This document shows positions 62,636 to 64,000 of a stretch of DNA of 64,000 bases, one piece after another. The stretch is from Lama guanicoe (Eukaryota): NCBI GenBank assembly GCA_013239625.1, contig MU053482.1:2457168-2521167 (forward strand), given 5' to 3'. A program made the translations under genes and the position numbers. The notes below the pieces were generated by a model, which was not told the origin of the DNA, searched no databases, and saw only the letters and a program-made list of their open reading frames with translations. Position 1 is the stretch's first letter. Every line of letters begins with the position of its first letter.

Positions 62636-64000
62636 TCAGAGAGATAAACCAGAGACCTCAGTGGACCACAAGTTGAAATATACCCCCCACACAGGTCCCT
62701 GCTAGTAATAAAATTTAATATGGAAATATAATAGAAATCATAAATAACACTTTGCTCCAAATACTCAACCAGAATGTTAAGTAGATTCTCTTAAGTAGAA
62801 GGGGGGTGGGGCAGGGAACTGGAACAAAAAGAAAAGGAACAGTGGCCTGGGTCTCTGTTCAGTATGAATGCCAAAATACCTCATTTACCGCACATACATC
62901 TATGTTCTGTAAGGGGTTGATGTGAACTTGCCTTCAAGATCAAGCCCAAAGAACCACTGAGCATGCAGAAGGTGGTTTTCCACATTAGCAAGTCTGCCCT
63001 CCACCTGGCAACCTTTCCTGAGTGGGAATAGCATGAAAGTGTCATTTTAACACTTTGACAAAAAGCTTCCCTAAATTTGACTCAGAAGATTGACTTTCAT
63101 TATTCAAAACTCTTATTCTAGGTCAGAGATTATAGCTTGGAAGGAAAGTCTCGTGCTCAAAGTTTGGCTTTTCTTCAGAATGCAATTTCTAGACCTGTTT
63201 TATTTTTCATGTGAATAAAAGAAAAACACTGGTAAAGCCAATAAAATGGACTGATTAAAACTGAAATTTTAAAAATTACTATTCACAAAAGGTATGATGG
63301 TTTCAGGCACTTAAGGACAAAACAGGAACATAAATTTTAAAATCATATGAGCAAAATCTTCCTAGAATGGCTGGTTTTCAAATGAGTTTTCATAGGGTTT
63401 AAATGGTTTTATGTACTAAAAACCCAGGCCACCATTTACAAATCACAGCTTGGTTCATAAAGGAGTTATAAGTAACAAAAAGCTTTCCAGAAAATGAAGA
63501 ATGAGTAGAAAGTGAGCAGAAGCTGATTATGTATCAACTTGGTAGAGGTTTTAGCAAAGCATCCTACATTTGCTCACCAATAAAACTCTGGAGCCACTTA
63601 CCACCTTGCTCCTGGCTAAGCATGACCTGGAAATAGTTCTGCTTTTTTTAAACTAATAATGCAAATAAATAAAAATTAATGACTAAAACTTCATCATCTC
63701 AAACACTGAGTACACTAGAGGACAGTGCCTCATGCTTCTTTGGGGAAAACTAAGTCATTTGATAGATAAGTGATGTAAACAGTAGATAAAACTGATCACC
63801 AATAATAATTTTTAAAAAAATACAACTGATTAGCAGAAGGACAAAAGAGTACAGGCTTTTCATATTCACTAAAGATAAGAGACAGACTGATGAGAGTTCA
63901 AGGAGAGAGTCGATCTCATTTTTCATTATGCCCACGCAAAGCACTGTCATTCCCATGCTAAAAACTATTTGGTGAGGATCCTCTCCTCAGTGAAGCGACA

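Overview
Mammalian genomic DNA, most likely camelid (alpaca/llama/camel), judged from tRNA-derived Vic-1-like SINEs. The right two-thirds (about 23160-64000) is the 3' part of DENND5A (RAB6IP1) on the minus strand. It has 19 coding exons, all with GT-AG boundaries and matching phases, 2915 coding nt in total. These encode the end of the DENN module, RUN1, PLAT and RUN2, followed by the stop codon, an ~860 nt 3' UTR and an AATAAA signal. The 5' exons lie beyond the right edge. The left third is repeat-rich intergenic DNA: a hAT transposase fossil, many L1/HAL1, L2 and MIR remnants, LTR fragments and a 3.6 kb decayed ERV-L internal region (gag-pro-RT-RNaseH-IN-dUTPase). Most entries in the ORF track are spurious or transposon-derived. 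I found no convincing new biological system. The notable items are small-scale: an apparent G>A at the last base of one DENND5A exon, an L1 ORF2 fragment replacing the centre of a MER5A, a template-switch hairpin, a permuted SINE and an unidentified short retroposed insert. Repeat family names and the human protein comparison are from memory, not from a search.
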